Below the pieces are notes generated by a model. It saw only the letters and a program-made list of their open reading frames with translations, ran no database searches and had not been told where the DNA came from. From assembly GCA_943913625.1 (NCBI GenBank), contig CALTYW010000001.1, positions 1 through 51,017 of the forward strand: a DNA stretch of 51,017 nt. The letters are read 5' to 3'. Source of the stretch: an uncultured Campylobacter sp. (GTDB lineage Bacteria; Actinomycetota; Actinomycetes; Mycobacteriales; Mycobacteriaceae). Below, in pieces: positions 19,080 through 29,277 of the stretch (positions are counted from its first letter, which is position 1; every line of letters begins with the position of its first letter). Both the position numbers and the translations under genes were made by a program.

Positions 19080-19616
19080 ATGACGCAGATAGCAGTAGCC
19101 GACCTGGCCCACTACCCCGGCAACGCCAGGCAGGGCGACGTGGACATGATCGCCGAATCGCTGGAAGTCAACGGCCAGTACAAACCCATCGTCGTCAACC
19201 GTGGCGACAAAGAACCGTCCCTGACCAACACGGTGCTGTGTGGCAACCACACCCTTGATGCTGCGAAACAGCTGGGGTGGGCCACGTTGGACGCCCACTG
19301 GGTTGACCTCACCGCAGAGCAGGCGCGCCGGGTTGTACTCGTCGACAACCGCGCCAACGACGCCGCGAGCTATGACGTTGACGCCCTGGTCGATCTGCTG
19401 ACCGAGTACCCCGACCTCGACGGCACCGGCTTCACCCGCGACGAACTCGACACGCTGCTCGAAGAGCTAGACGCCGCCGACGCGGAGGTACCGGACATGC
19501 CAGACGAGGAACCCGCCACCGAATGGAACCTACTCGTCGAGTGCGGCAGCGAAGACGAAGCGAAACTGCTCAAGACCAAGCTCACCGCCGAGGGTTACAC
19601 CTGCGGACTCGCGTAA
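19080..19616 (+). CDS. ParB/Srx-like domain protein
   Basis: YPGNAR, GQYKPIVV, GNHTLDAA, LVDNR. Confidence 0.85.
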   Translation: MTQIAVADLAHYPGNARQGDVDMIAESLEVNGQYKPIVVNRGDKEPSLTNTVLCGNHTLDAAKQLGWATLDAHWVDLTAEQARRVVLVDNRANDAASYDVDALVDLLTEYPDLDGTGFTRDELDTLLEELDAADAEVPDMPDEEPATEWNLLVECGSEDEAKLLKTKLTAEGYTCGLA

Positions 19617-19634
19617 CGTGACGGAAAGGACACC

Positions 19635-19877
19635 ATGCAGACACCCACAGCACTCCAACGCCTAATTGACGAACTCAACCGTGACATCGACCAAGACGAC
19701 GAAGCTCTCGTAGCCGACTACATCATCGTCACCCGCAGCGAAGACCTTGACGGCAACGAGGCCATCCGTACCTACTCGTCCGCCGGCATCTCCCGCGTTA
19801 CCGCCACCGGCATGCTGCACTACGCCCAGAACGACATCTGGGAGGGCGCGATGGAACCGTTCGACGACGACGAATAA
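19635..19877 (+). CDS. Acidic hypothetical protein
   Basis: AAGGA SD; 80 aa. Confidence 0.65.
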   Translation: MQTPTALQRLIDELNRDIDQDDEALVADYIIVTRSEDLDGNEAIRTYSSAGISRVTATGMLHYAQNDIWEGAMEPFDDDE

Positions 19878-19933
19878 GGGACAACCCCCAAGCGTCGTAG
19901 CGTGACCTGCCGACGATCCGGGAGGTCACTACA

Positions 19934-20338
19934 TTGCCCGCCAAACACCGCGACAAGGACGCACTACGCATAGCCGAACGCGCACGCAAAGCACGCGACA
20001 TGCGCATCATCGGCATGAGCTACCCACAGATCGCTGACCAACTCGGCGTGTCCCCGGCGACCGTCCGCAACGACATTAAGCGCTTCACCGAAGACCTCCC
20101 AAAAGAAGAAGCACTCGAGTACCGCGACCACCAGGTCGCCCTCCACGAGATGATGATTAGCCGCTGGGCACCGAAAGCCCTGAAAGGCGATTACAAGGCG
20201 GCGATGGTGGTGGCGAAGTACGACCAGCTGCGCACCGAACTCCTGGGCACCGGCAGGATCGAAGACGACGGCGGGGAACAGGTCGCCCGTAATGAACTCG
20301 CCGCCATGATGGAGGCGATCAAGGGGGCAGCGTCGTGA
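19934..20338 (+). CDS. Probable terminase small subunit (HTH)
   Basis: MSYPQIADQLGVSPATVRND; directly upstream of TerL. Confidence 0.75.
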   Translation: MPAKHRDKDALRIAERARKARDMRIIGMSYPQIADQLGVSPATVRNDIKRFTEDLPKEEALEYRDHQVALHEMMISRWAPKALKGDYKAAMVVAKYDQLRTELLGTGRIEDDGGEQVARNELAAMMEAIKGAAS

Positions 20339-21627
20339 CCGTCGGCATGTCGCAGAAGCAGCTCGACAGCGTCGCCCACGCGAACCTGCGCGTGAACATC
20401 TTCGACGGCTCGGTGCGCGCCGGGAAAACGTTCGGCTGGCTGTGGATCATCCTCAACGAATGCGCCACCTACACCGGGGCGGGCAGCATCGTGATCTTCG
20501 GCAAGAACCGCGATTCCATCTACCGCAACGTCTTCGAGCCGCTGGAAAACCTTGCCGTGTTCGCCCCGTTCCGGGGCCAGGTGCGCTACCGCCAGGGCGC
20601 AGCCACCGCCACCATCTTCGGGCGCAAAGTCCACGTCATCGGCGCGAACGACGAGGGATCCGAGGCCCGCATCCGAGGCATGACCATCGGGCGCGCCTTT
20701 GGCGACGAAATCACCGTGCTCAACCGCTCGTTCTTCCGCCAGATGCTCGCCCGCATGTCCGTCGCCGGCGCGAAACTCTGGGGCACCACAAACCCCGATT
20801 CCCCCGCGCACTGGCTCAAAGCCGACTACCTCTCCAAGATCCCCGGCACGATGCACTTCGACCCCGACACCCCCGAGGGCGATCAGCTGCTGTCGTGGTC
20901 GTACTGGCACTTCACGATGGACGACAACCCATCTTTGGACGATGAGTACCGCGAAGCCTTGAAGCGCGAGTACACGGGCCTGTGGTACAAGCGCTTCATC
21001 CTCGGCCTATGGGTCAGCGCGGAGGGGGCGATCTACCCCATGTTCGACGAGACCCGCCACACGATCCACCCCGACGACCTGCCACGCATCGACCGCACCC
21101 TGGCGCTGGGCATCGACTACGGCACCACCCACCCCACTGCCGGCATGCTCCTGGGCGTGGGCCGCAACCCCGCCGGCGTCAACCAGCTCTACATCCTCGA
21201 CGAATGGGCACCCGCCACCGGACTCACCGACGCGAAGCTGTCCCGCGACCTCGCCACGAAACGGCTCGAGTGGCGCGCCAAGTGGCCCGAACCCGAATGG
21301 ACGTACACCGACCCCGCCGCCAAATCGTTCTCCACCCAGCTGTGGGAAGACCAACACCCCGCGCTCGCCAAGGCCGACAACGCCGTCCTCGACGGCATCC
21401 GCACCGTCGCATCACTCCTGGACAATGACCAGCTCCGAATATCCAAGACCTGTACCGAACTGATTAGAGAGCTACCCGGCTACCGCTGGGACGACAAGGC
21501 AGCAAACCGAGGCGTCGAAGCCCCCGTCAAGGAACACGACGACTACTCCGACGCCCTGCGCTACGCCGTCTACTCGTCCCGCTGGGAGTGGGCAAGACTC
21601 CTCGACCGCGTATTGGAGACCACCTAA
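20335..21627 (+). CDS. terL: Terminase large subunit
   Basis: GSVRAGKT Walker A, GDE, TTNPD, GIDYG, DDYSDALRY. Confidence 0.95.
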   Translation: MTVGMSQKQLDSVAHANLRVNIFDGSVRAGKTFGWLWIILNECATYTGAGSIVIFGKNRDSIYRNVFEPLENLAVFAPFRGQVRYRQGAATATIFGRKVHVIGANDEGSEARIRGMTIGRAFGDEITVLNRSFFRQMLARMSVAGAKLWGTTNPDSPAHWLKADYLSKIPGTMHFDPDTPEGDQLLSWSYWHFTMDDNPSLDDEYREALKREYTGLWYKRFILGLWVSAEGAIYPMFDETRHTIHPDDLPRIDRTLALGIDYGTTHPTAGMLLGVGRNPAGVNQLYILDEWAPATGLTDAKLSRDLATKRLEWRAKWPEPEWTYTDPAAKSFSTQLWEDQHPALAKADNAVLDGIRTVASLLDNDQLRISKTCTELIRELPGYRWDDKAANRGVEAPVKEHDDYSDALRYAVYSSRWEWARLLDRVLETT

Positions 21628-23138
21628 TGGCATTCCCCGCCCCGCACACACCCTGGCCCATGCCCGAGTGGGATCCAGTGCGCACAATGGTCGAGCAAGC
21701 CGCCATGTGGTGGGAGGGCGACGTCAACCAGCTCTCGTCGGCGTACCACGGCCAATACAAGCCGTCGCAGTACGCCGGCGGCGTCAAGGGCGCGGTGTCG
21801 CGCTGGTTCTGGGGCAACCCCGACATGAAGCAAGACCGCCGCGTCCACATGCCGCTGGCCGCTGATATTTGCGCCACTTCCGCGACGCTGTTGTTCGACC
21901 GCCCGCCGCGCTTCACCCACCCCGAGGAAGAGGTGCAAGACCACCTCGACGAGTTGCTCAACCCCGACGAATTCCCCGCACAGCTACTCGTCGCTGCCGA
22001 GTCCTGCGCAGCCCTCGGTGGTGTCGGCTGGCGTATCCAGTGGGACACCGACATCGACCAGCACCCGTGGATCGAATGGGTCGACGCCGATCAGTGCTGG
22101 CCCACGTTCGCCTACGGCAAACTCCAGTCCGTCATGTTCATGGAGGAACTCACCCCCATCAACAACATGACCTACCGGCTGTTCACCGAGCACACCCGTG
22201 GCCGCATCGACTACCGGCTCATGGAGGGCAAACCCAACGACACCGGACGTATCGTGCCCCTCACCGAGCACCCGACCACCGCCGCGCTCGCCAACGAAGT
22301 CGACGAAGACTCCGGCCAGTACACCGACATGACCGTCCTGACCGCAGGCTACATCCCCAACGCCCGCCCCGTCGTCGGATTCCGCAAACACGGCCAACTG
22401 CGCCACATCGGGCGCTCTGATCTGACCCCTGACATGTTCCCGATGTTCGACGCGCTTGATGAAGTCTGGACGGAGATTCGCGCCGAAATCCGCCTGTCAC
22501 GCAAGAAGATCATCGTCCCCGACTGGATGCTCGAAACCCACGCCCTCGGCGCAGGTCAAAGCTTCGACAACGACCGCGAAGTCTTCTCCCCCGTGCGCGG
22601 CCACCCGAACTCCGAGATGAAACCGGAAATCTACGCCCCGGCCCTGCGCATCACCGAGATGGTGGACGCCGCGACCGCCTGGACGGACAAGATCATCCAG
22701 CGCGCCAACTACTCGCCGGCGTCGTTCGGACTCGACACCACCACCAGCGGCAACCCCACGGCGCGTGAGATTGAAGCCCGCTACGACGCCTCCATGAAGA
22801 CCTGGTCGTCGAAGTCCGCCTACTGGCGCGCCGGGTTGAAAGCCGCCGCCACCGCACTCATGCAGCGCGACAGCATCATGCACGGCAAACCCATCGACAT
22901 CGACCCGCCGCGCATCGAGATGGACAAACCCGTCCAGGAAACCGCGCAGGATCGCGCACAGACCATCCAGGCGCTGGAAGCCGCCCGCTCCGCGTCCACG
23001 GAAACCAGGGTGGCCATGCAGTGGCCCGACTGGGACGCAGACATGCAAGCCCAGGAGGTCGAGCGCATCAAGCTCGAGCAGGCCGGCACCTACGACCCCG
23101 CCCTGTTCGCCCAGCCGGACGATCAACTCGACCTGTAG
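21627..23138 (+). CDS. Portal protein
   Basis: Follows TerL; ~500 aa; PTAREI motif. Confidence 0.85.
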   Translation: MAFPAPHTPWPMPEWDPVRTMVEQAAMWWEGDVNQLSSAYHGQYKPSQYAGGVKGAVSRWFWGNPDMKQDRRVHMPLAADICATSATLLFDRPPRFTHPEEEVQDHLDELLNPDEFPAQLLVAAESCAALGGVGWRIQWDTDIDQHPWIEWVDADQCWPTFAYGKLQSVMFMEELTPINNMTYRLFTEHTRGRIDYRLMEGKPNDTGRIVPLTEHPTTAALANEVDEDSGQYTDMTVLTAGYIPNARPVVGFRKHGQLRHIGRSDLTPDMFPMFDALDEVWTEIRAEIRLSRKKIIVPDWMLETHALGAGQSFDNDREVFSPVRGHPNSEMKPEIYAPALRITEMVDAATAWTDKIIQRANYSPASFGLDTTTSGNPTAREIEARYDASMKTWSSKSAYWRAGLKAAATALMQRDSIMHGKPIDIDPPRIEMDKPVQETAQDRAQTIQALEAARSASTETRVAMQWPDWDADMQAQEVERIKLEQAGTYDPALFAQPDDQLDL

Positions 23139-23149
23139 GCTAACCACCC

Positions 23150-24316
23150 ATGTACAACCCCGACGCGCTCGACAAGGTAGGCGGCACCATCGTCGACACG
23201 TACGAGCGCGCCGAGCTGTACCTGATCCAGGTGATCCGCGACGCCCTCATCAGAACCGGCGAGGAACCCGAGTGGGCAATGGCCCAGTTGCTCGCGATCC
23301 GCCAAGAGCGCTACAAGATCAACGGGCTAATCGCGGAACTCAACCGGCACACCCCGCAGCTATGGGCGCAGACCGTGGACGAAGCCTACGTACGCGGCAT
23401 GCTCCAAGCCGAAGAGGAGCTAGGGGTACTCGAATCCACCGGCCTGTTTCAGGCCGCGCCGGGCAACACCGTCGTCAACGACATGGCCGTCCAAGCTATC
23501 GCCGCCGAGGGTGTCGTCTCCATGAGCAACGTGCACCGCCAGATCCTGCGCAGGGTCGAGGACGCGTGGCGCGCCATCGTCGCCGAAGCCACCGGCTACA
23601 GCGTCACCGGAGCCATGACCACCCAGCAGGCAGCGCAGCGCGCCTTTACCCGGATGGCGCGTGACGGGATGGGATTCTTCGTCGACAGCGCCGGGCGCAA
23701 ATGGGGGCTGGACACCTACGCGGACATGGCCGTACGCACCGCCACCACGAGGGCACTGCTCGCCGGCCACACGGACACAATGGTCGAGCGCGGCGTCGAC
23801 CTCGTCGTGGTGTCCTCCCACCCGCGCCCCGCGCCTGTGTGCGCACCCTACGAGCGCAAGGTCGTGTCGCTGACAGGGAAGTACCCGGCAGGCACACACC
23901 GCATCGGGGACAGCATCGTGTCGGTCAAGGCGACCATGCAGGAAGCGGAAGCAGCTGGCCTCCATCACGTAAATTGCCGCCATAGGCACTCCGCCTACGT
24001 ACCCGGCATCACCCCGCTGACCCCGCCAGAACCCGACCCAGGGCACGAGGGGTACAAGGCCACCCAGAAGCAGCGCTACCTAGAGCGCCAGATCCGTGCC
24101 AGCAAGCGCATGGAAGCCGCAGCCATCGACGAGCACGACAAGCACAAGGCACGCCAGCGCAAACGCAACTACCAAGCCCAACTACGCGACCACGTCGCAA
24201 TGCACGACCTACCGCGCCGACGCCACCGCGAGCAGCTCAAAAAACCAGGCACCATCACCGCCGCCGACTACATGCCAAAACGCGACGCCGACGTCATTGA
24301 TCTGCGCCGCGATTAG
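23150..24316 (+). CDS. Minor capsid/head morphogenesis protein
   Basis: FVDSAGRKW..YADMAVRT, GLHHVNCRH, QKQRYLERQIR. Confidence 0.85.
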   Translation: MYNPDALDKVGGTIVDTYERAELYLIQVIRDALIRTGEEPEWAMAQLLAIRQERYKINGLIAELNRHTPQLWAQTVDEAYVRGMLQAEEELGVLESTGLFQAAPGNTVVNDMAVQAIAAEGVVSMSNVHRQILRRVEDAWRAIVAEATGYSVTGAMTTQQAAQRAFTRMARDGMGFFVDSAGRKWGLDTYADMAVRTATTRALLAGHTDTMVERGVDLVVVSSHPRPAPVCAPYERKVVSLTGKYPAGTHRIGDSIVSVKATMQEAEAAGLHHVNCRHRHSAYVPGITPLTPPEPDPGHEGYKATQKQRYLERQIRASKRMEAAAIDEHDKHKARQRKRNYQAQLRDHVAMHDLPRRRHREQLKKPGTITAADYMPKRDADVIDLRRD

Positions 24317-24324
24317 CCGTTCAA

Positions 24325-24522
24325 TCACTCCTCCCAGAAATGCTCCATAGGTGTGACCCAGATGGCGAACACTGACTCCGCAGCCCCGATCATTTCGCTG
24401 ATCCGGGAGCGTTCAACTTGGTTACTCGCCTGGTGATATTGCAGCCGAAGCCGGTCGATGTAGTGGCTGGTTTCGTCACTGCGGATGCGCTTCTCTTGAT
24501 CTGCGGTGATCGTCAGTGTCAT
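24325..24522 (-). CDS. Hypothetical protein in the antirepressor operon
   Basis: 65-aa ORF with GGAGG SD. Confidence 0.55.
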   Translation of the reverse strand: MTLTITADQEKRIRSDETSHYIDRLRLQYHQASNQVERSRISEMIGAAESVFAIWVTPMEHFWEE

Positions 24523-24629
24523 GCCGCTTCCTCCGGGAACAACTCGATTATCTTGGTTTCGAACCGTGGCTCCGGGCCGTAGATCGGCTCGGCGGGACGG
24601 TAATTGTCCAGGTTAATTAGGAGACCCAT
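24519..24629 (-). CDS. 36-aa peptide coupled between the antirepressor and the next gene
   Basis: MGLLINLDNYRPAEPIYGPEPRFETKIIELFPEEAA; ATGA overlap. Confidence 0.4.
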   Translation of the reverse strand: MGLLINLDNYRPAEPIYGPEPRFETKIIELFPEEAA

Positions 24630-25444
24630 TCCAGCGCCTCCATTTCAATTGGCTCGCGGGCGATACGGTCGAGCAAGCGAAGGATCGCACCGGCACCATC
24701 TGGGGTGATCTTTAGCGTGTACATGACTTCCCCGTTGAACTTAGGGATGTCGTGGTGCAAGACACGGCGGAAGTAGTTCTTGTGACGGTGGTATTCGCTG
24801 TAGCGGTAGCGGTTACGCCAACCGACCTCGTTGTCGTAGATGCGGGAGGTTTCGCGGTAGATCCACTTGTGGTCTACGAGAATCTGGCGCAGTTCGCGTT
24901 CACCAATGCCAAGGCTTCGGGCGACGGTACGGAACGACAGCACGTCGTCGTCGTTGACGAACTGGTCGTGGTACTCGACCTTGGGGGCGTCGATTGCGAT
25001 TTGTTCGCGCTGTGCTTCGACCGTGTCTACGGCGCTGGCGAGTTCGCGTAGTGCGCTGGCGTAATCCTGGGGGAGTCGGTGGGCGGGCGCGGTGTCGGCG
25101 GCGCGCAGTTGCTTCTCGGCTTCGATGAAGTACTGGCGCGCTTGCTTTCCGCGCTCGGTGCGTTGGATCATCGCGATCTCTTTCGCCATGTCCAACGAGA
25201 TGATGTGGTTCACGGCTGGACGGGAACGACCGAGGGAATCGCGTACCCGGTCATTTTTGACCGCGTAGTCTTGGCCCTGCTCAAAGCCGTACTCCACCAT
25301 GCGCGGGAATCAGTGTCGGTATTCGGTGCTGACTTCAAGGAAGTCGTGAAGATCGCGGCCCATCACGGCGTAGTCGTCGCCGGCACGCTCGATGGGGATG
25401 AGGTCAGTTGCACCAGTGTCGGGCAGCATGGAAAACTGTTCCAT
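24617..25444 (-). pseudogene. AntA-type antirepressor interrupted by an in-frame TGA
   Basis: GRDLHDFLEV..YRH*FPRMVEYGF..SLDMAKEIAMIQRT..LPQDYASALREL..APKVEY; stop at 25310-25312. Confidence 0.85.
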
Positions 25445-25580
25445 GATTCAACTCCATTCAAGTTGAGTCCACGCCACGGGGTGTTTGCGGCACCGCCGTG
25501 GCTTTCCTATGAGAAAGGGCACCAGGTCAATGTGACCCAGTGCCCTTTAAGTTAGTGCGGTTCTATACTTTTGGCAAGTT

Positions 25581-25781
25581 TTACCGCTCACCTTTAGCAA
25601 TGCGCCCCACATAGGATTCTGATAGGCCGGTTGCCGCCGCTATTTCACGCCCAGAAACCGGGCCGAGAAACGCTGCCCGAAAAGCTTGTGCGCGCTTCGC
25701 CTTAAGCTCGGCAACGCCCTGCTCGTATTCTTTGTGTGCTCGAACGGCATCGGCAAGCAGTTCATCGTGGTTGGCGTTCAT
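25581..25781 (-). CDS. Small HTH protein
   Basis: SGREIAAATGLSESYVGRIAKG; palindromes immediately upstream. Confidence 0.7.
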   Translation of the reverse strand: MNANHDELLADAVRAHKEYEQGVAELKAKRAQAFRAAFLGPVSGREIAAATGLSESYVGRIAKGER

Positions 25782-25820
25782 GCAACATGATGTTGCCTTA
25801 AAATGTTGCATTGTGCAACA

Positions 25821-26348
25821 TTACGAGCTCATGCAGGTGCCGGCATGTTCACCGTTCACAGCCGCGCTATAGAAGCGGACAGCACCTAGACGCTGCTCAA
25901 TGTCAGCGGGAACCGTGAAGCCGTACGTGTGGAACGACGACGACAACGCGAGCGGAATCTCTACTTGGTCAGAACCCTCGGAAACTACAGCGCGGTGAAT
26001 GCCGGAAGACGGCTCGGACACCCAAAACCTGCCATTCTCGAACTGGATGAAGAAGTCGTACGAGTTGTACACACTTGCTTGCGGCGCGAAGTAGAAAGTG
26101 GTCTCGCCATCTACGTTTGCAACCCGTGTCAGGGCGACATCATGCTCCGACGTGCGAACGACCTGGGAGTCACAGACAAGCGCATCGTTAGGCGGCAGAT
26201 CGTTCTCAACCTGGGTGTCAAACTCGGGAGCGACCTGGCTAGGAAAATCGGTGCCAGAAGACTGGGCCGACGGCGCTGTGCCAGTGTCCGAACATCCGGC
26301 GAGCGCGATCAGGGGGAGAAGTGCGAGGGGGAGTAGGCGCGGTTTCAT
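25821..26348 (-). CDS. Lipoprotein (possible superinfection exclusion moron)
   Basis: MKPRLLPLALLPLIALAGC lipobox; opposite strand inside the head module. Confidence 0.7.
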   Translation of the reverse strand: MKPRLLPLALLPLIALAGCSDTGTAPSAQSSGTDFPSQVAPEFDTQVENDLPPNDALVCDSQVVRTSEHDVALTRVANVDGETTFYFAPQASVYNSYDFFIQFENGRFWVSEPSSGIHRAVVSEGSDQVEIPLALSSSFHTYGFTVPADIEQRLGAVRFYSAAVNGEHAGTCMSS

Positions 26349-26425
26349 GCCTGTGACCTTAATGGACAACGCGGCCCGCCGTTCATGGTGCGGGGGTACG
26401 AATCCCCCAACCCGTAGGAGCACCA

Positions 26426-27169
26426 GTGTCCGACGTCCAGGCGACCGAAAACACCAACGAGCAGGCAGCCCAGGCAGCAGCCGACGCAGCCGCACAAGCC
26501 GCAGCCCAGACCGCACCGACCCCGGCAAACATGCCGGCAACCACTAAGGCAGAACCCGACACCGTTGACGCGCTGCCCTCGTGGGCGCAGTCGCTGATTA
26601 AGGATCTGCGCGACGAGAACGGCAAGCACCGCAACAAGGCCAAGACCGCCGCCGAGGAAGCCGCGCAGCGTGAAAAGGAACTCGCAACCCAGGCACGCGA
26701 CCAACTCGTCAACGACCTCGCGAAAGCACTCGGCATCGGCGGCGAAGACGAGCAAGACCCGCAGGCACTCCTGGACGCCGCGAACGAGAAGACCACCGAG
26801 CAGCAGAAGCGCATCGACGAGCTGGTCAGCCAGGTCAACTCCTACAAACGCGAGCAGGCCATTGACGAGGCTATCGGCAACCGCAACGTCAACAAGCGCC
26901 TGCTCAAGGCAGTGCTCGCGCAGGACAACGCGCTCAAAGACCTAGACGTAGACAGTGACAACTTCGCAGACCAGGTGTCCGAAGCCGTCAACGACGCCAT
27001 CAAGAACACCCCCGAACTAGTCCAGGCGACACCAGGGAAGTCCGGCATCGACCCGACCAACACCAACTCCGAGCGCCCCATCACCCGCGACGACCTCAAG
27101 ACCATGTCCCCGGAGGACATCAACAAGGCCGTAGCTGACGGGAAGCTCGACCACCTACTTAAGGGCTAA
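26426..27169 (+). CDS. Capsid scaffolding protein
   Basis: IKDLRDENGKHR; helical and acidic; precedes the capsid gene. Confidence 0.85.
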   Translation: MSDVQATENTNEQAAQAAADAAAQAAAQTAPTPANMPATTKAEPDTVDALPSWAQSLIKDLRDENGKHRNKAKTAAEEAAQREKELATQARDQLVNDLAKALGIGGEDEQDPQALLDAANEKTTEQQKRIDELVSQVNSYKREQAIDEAIGNRNVNKRLLKAVLAQDNALKDLDVDSDNFADQVSEAVNDAIKNTPELVQATPGKSGIDPTNTNSERPITRDDLKTMSPEDINKAVADGKLDHLLKG

Positions 27170-27181
27170 AGGAGAACCCAA

Positions 27182-28087
27182 GTGTCTGTTGATTCTTTCA
27201 TCCCAGAAATCTGGTCTGCGGCCATCACGGAGCCGTACAAGAAGAACCTCATCTTCGGACAGGACGGCATCGCGTCCAAGTCCTACTACGGCGAAATCAC
27301 CGGCGTTGGTTCGTCTGTGACGATCAACAGTCTCGGTGACATCACCGTCAAGGATCGCAAGCGCGGTGAGGACATCGAGATCGAGGAACTCGAAACCACC
27401 CCGAAGAAGATTCACATCGATCAGGAGAAGTACTTCGCGTTCAGCGTCGACGACGTCGACAAGGTGCAGGTTCTCGGCCAGGTCAAGGGCATTGCCACCG
27501 ACCGCGCTGCTATTCGACTGCGCGACCAGGCCGACCAGTACCTGTCCAAGGTGCTCGCCGAGGGCGCGCACAAGGACAACAAGGTCGACGCCATGAACAT
27601 CATCAAGGCCGACCCGCACCGCGTCACCACCGGCGAGACCGCCTACGACGCGTTGCTCGCACTGTCCGAGCGTCTGGACGACCAGTCCGTGCCGACCGAG
27701 GGCCGCTGGGTTGTGATCGGCTCGAAGACCCGCTCCGCTCTGCTGAACGACCCGCGTTTCGTCAACGTGGACAAGTCGGGCACCTCGGAGGGTTTGCGCA
27801 ACGGCGTGATCGGTCGCGTGATCGGCTTCGACGTCATGGTGTCCAACAACATTCAGAAGAAGGGTGGCACCGCCAAGACCCCGACGACTGAGACTCTCGT
27901 TGCTGGTGTGCCGGATGCGTTCGCGTTCGCGTCCCAGCTGCTGGAGATCGAGGCTATGCGTGATCAGAAGCAGTTCCGCGACATCGTTCGTGGTCTGCAT
28001 GTCTACGGTGCGGCTGTTGTCCGTCCGGAGGGCATTTCGACCGTGGACGTCACGGTTGGTGGCGGCGCTGGTGCGGCCGCTGCCTAG
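27182..28087 (+). CDS. Major capsid protein
   Basis: FIPEIWS, IDQEKYFAFSVDDVD, DIVRGLHVYGAAVVRP. Confidence 0.9.
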   Translation: MSVDSFIPEIWSAAITEPYKKNLIFGQDGIASKSYYGEITGVGSSVTINSLGDITVKDRKRGEDIEIEELETTPKKIHIDQEKYFAFSVDDVDKVQVLGQVKGIATDRAAIRLRDQADQYLSKVLAEGAHKDNKVDAMNIIKADPHRVTTGETAYDALLALSERLDDQSVPTEGRWVVIGSKTRSALLNDPRFVNVDKSGTSEGLRNGVIGRVIGFDVMVSNNIQKKGGTAKTPTTETLVAGVPDAFAFASQLLEIEAMRDQKQFRDIVRGLHVYGAAVVRPEGISTVDVTVGGGAGAAAA

Positions 28088-28158
28088 CCGCAGGAAATGA
28101 GGAGCCAGGGACACCACGACGGTGCCCTGGCTTTTCGCCTACCTACAGGAGGAACTCG

Positions 28159-28566
28159 TTGAAGATTTTCGCGACGGCGGAGGATTACACCGCCTACGCC
28201 CAGGACGATGCGCCGGAGAATATCGACCGGCTGCTCAAGCTCGCCAGCGGGTGGGTGCGCGACGTGACCAAGCGCGCCCGCTTCGACACCACCAAAGATG
28301 GTGAACCCAAGGACAAGGGCATCAAGGCCGCGCTGCGCGACGCCACCTGCGAGCAAGTACTCGTGTGGGTGCAAAACGGTGTGGAGCCGGGGAAGCAACC
28401 CGATAAGGGCGCTGTGTCGTCCACGGCGATTGGTGATGCGTCGATCAGCTACGAGACGGACAGTGTCGTAGCGCAGCGCGCCTTGGCCGCTTCCTCCGTC
28501 GCCCCGACCGTGCTGTCGATCCTCGCTGCCGAGTGCTTGACGGAGGGCCAGCCGTGGACGCGGTAG
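28159..28566 (+). CDS. Head-tail adaptor
   Basis: Synteny; DATCEQV, STAIGDASISY. Confidence 0.7.
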   Translation: MKIFATAEDYTAYAQDDAPENIDRLLKLASGWVRDVTKRARFDTTKDGEPKDKGIKAALRDATCEQVLVWVQNGVEPGKQPDKGAVSSTAIGDASISYETDSVVAQRALAASSVAPTVLSILAAECLTEGQPWTR

Positions 28567-28952
28567 ATGAACTCGCAGAACTTTGGTTCCAGCACGACGT
28601 GACGTTCCACCCCGGTGCTGGTGCGTCCCCGTACGGCATGAGCGCGGGTGAGGATCTGCCGGTGAAGTGCCATGTGCGCCAGCAGGTGCGGCGCGAGGAC
28701 ACTCCGGCTGGTGAGGTGACGACGACGGAGACGGTGGTGTACGCGCCGTTGTCGGTGCGCGCCGACCGTGGCGACACGCTTACTCTGCCGGAGCCGTTCG
28801 AGCCGGGGCCGTGGCAGATCGTCGCCAAGACCGTGCACCACGGCGCGGAGATGAACCTGCCGAACCACCAGAAATTCACCTGCGACGTGCCCACAACCGC
28901 GCCGAGCGATCCCTACGAGGTGGGGGAGGTGGGGCCGTATGGCGCAGCTTGA
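28554..28952 (+). CDS. Head closure/stopper protein
   Basis: Synteny. Confidence 0.6.
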   Translation: MDAVDELAELWFQHDVTFHPGAGASPYGMSAGEDLPVKCHVRQQVRREDTPAGEVTTTETVVYAPLSVRADRGDTLTLPEPFEPGPWQIVAKTVHHGAEMNLPNHQKFTCDVPTTAPSDPYEVGEVGPYGAA

Positions 28953-29277
28953 TTGGAAAGGCGACCAGATCCTGCGCCGTCTCGACCAGGCCGTCGAATC
29001 CGCAGCGCAGGCAGCAGGGGAAGTCCTCGGCGACGAAGCCGTGCAGCGCACCCCCAAGGAGTCCGGCACGCTCCAAGGCTCGATGAAAGTCACCACGGAC
29101 GGCCAGGGCACCGCCGCCGTGTCCTACAACACTCCGTACGCCTGCCGCCAGCACGAGGAAATCGGGTGGCGGCACCCCGGTGGCGGGGAAGCCAAATACC
29201 TGGAAAACGCCATGTCCGCAGCCGCCGACGGCATGCAGCAGGCCATCGCCCAAGAAATCGGAAAGGTACTCAAGTGA
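28939..29277 (+). CDS. Neck/tail completion protein
   Basis: TPKESGTLQGS, YNTPYACRQHE, AKYLE. Confidence 0.75.
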   Translation: MAQLDWKGDQILRRLDQAVESAAQAAGEVLGDEAVQRTPKESGTLQGSMKVTTDGQGTAAVSYNTPYACRQHEEIGWRHPGGGEAKYLENAMSAAADGMQQAIAQEIGKVLK

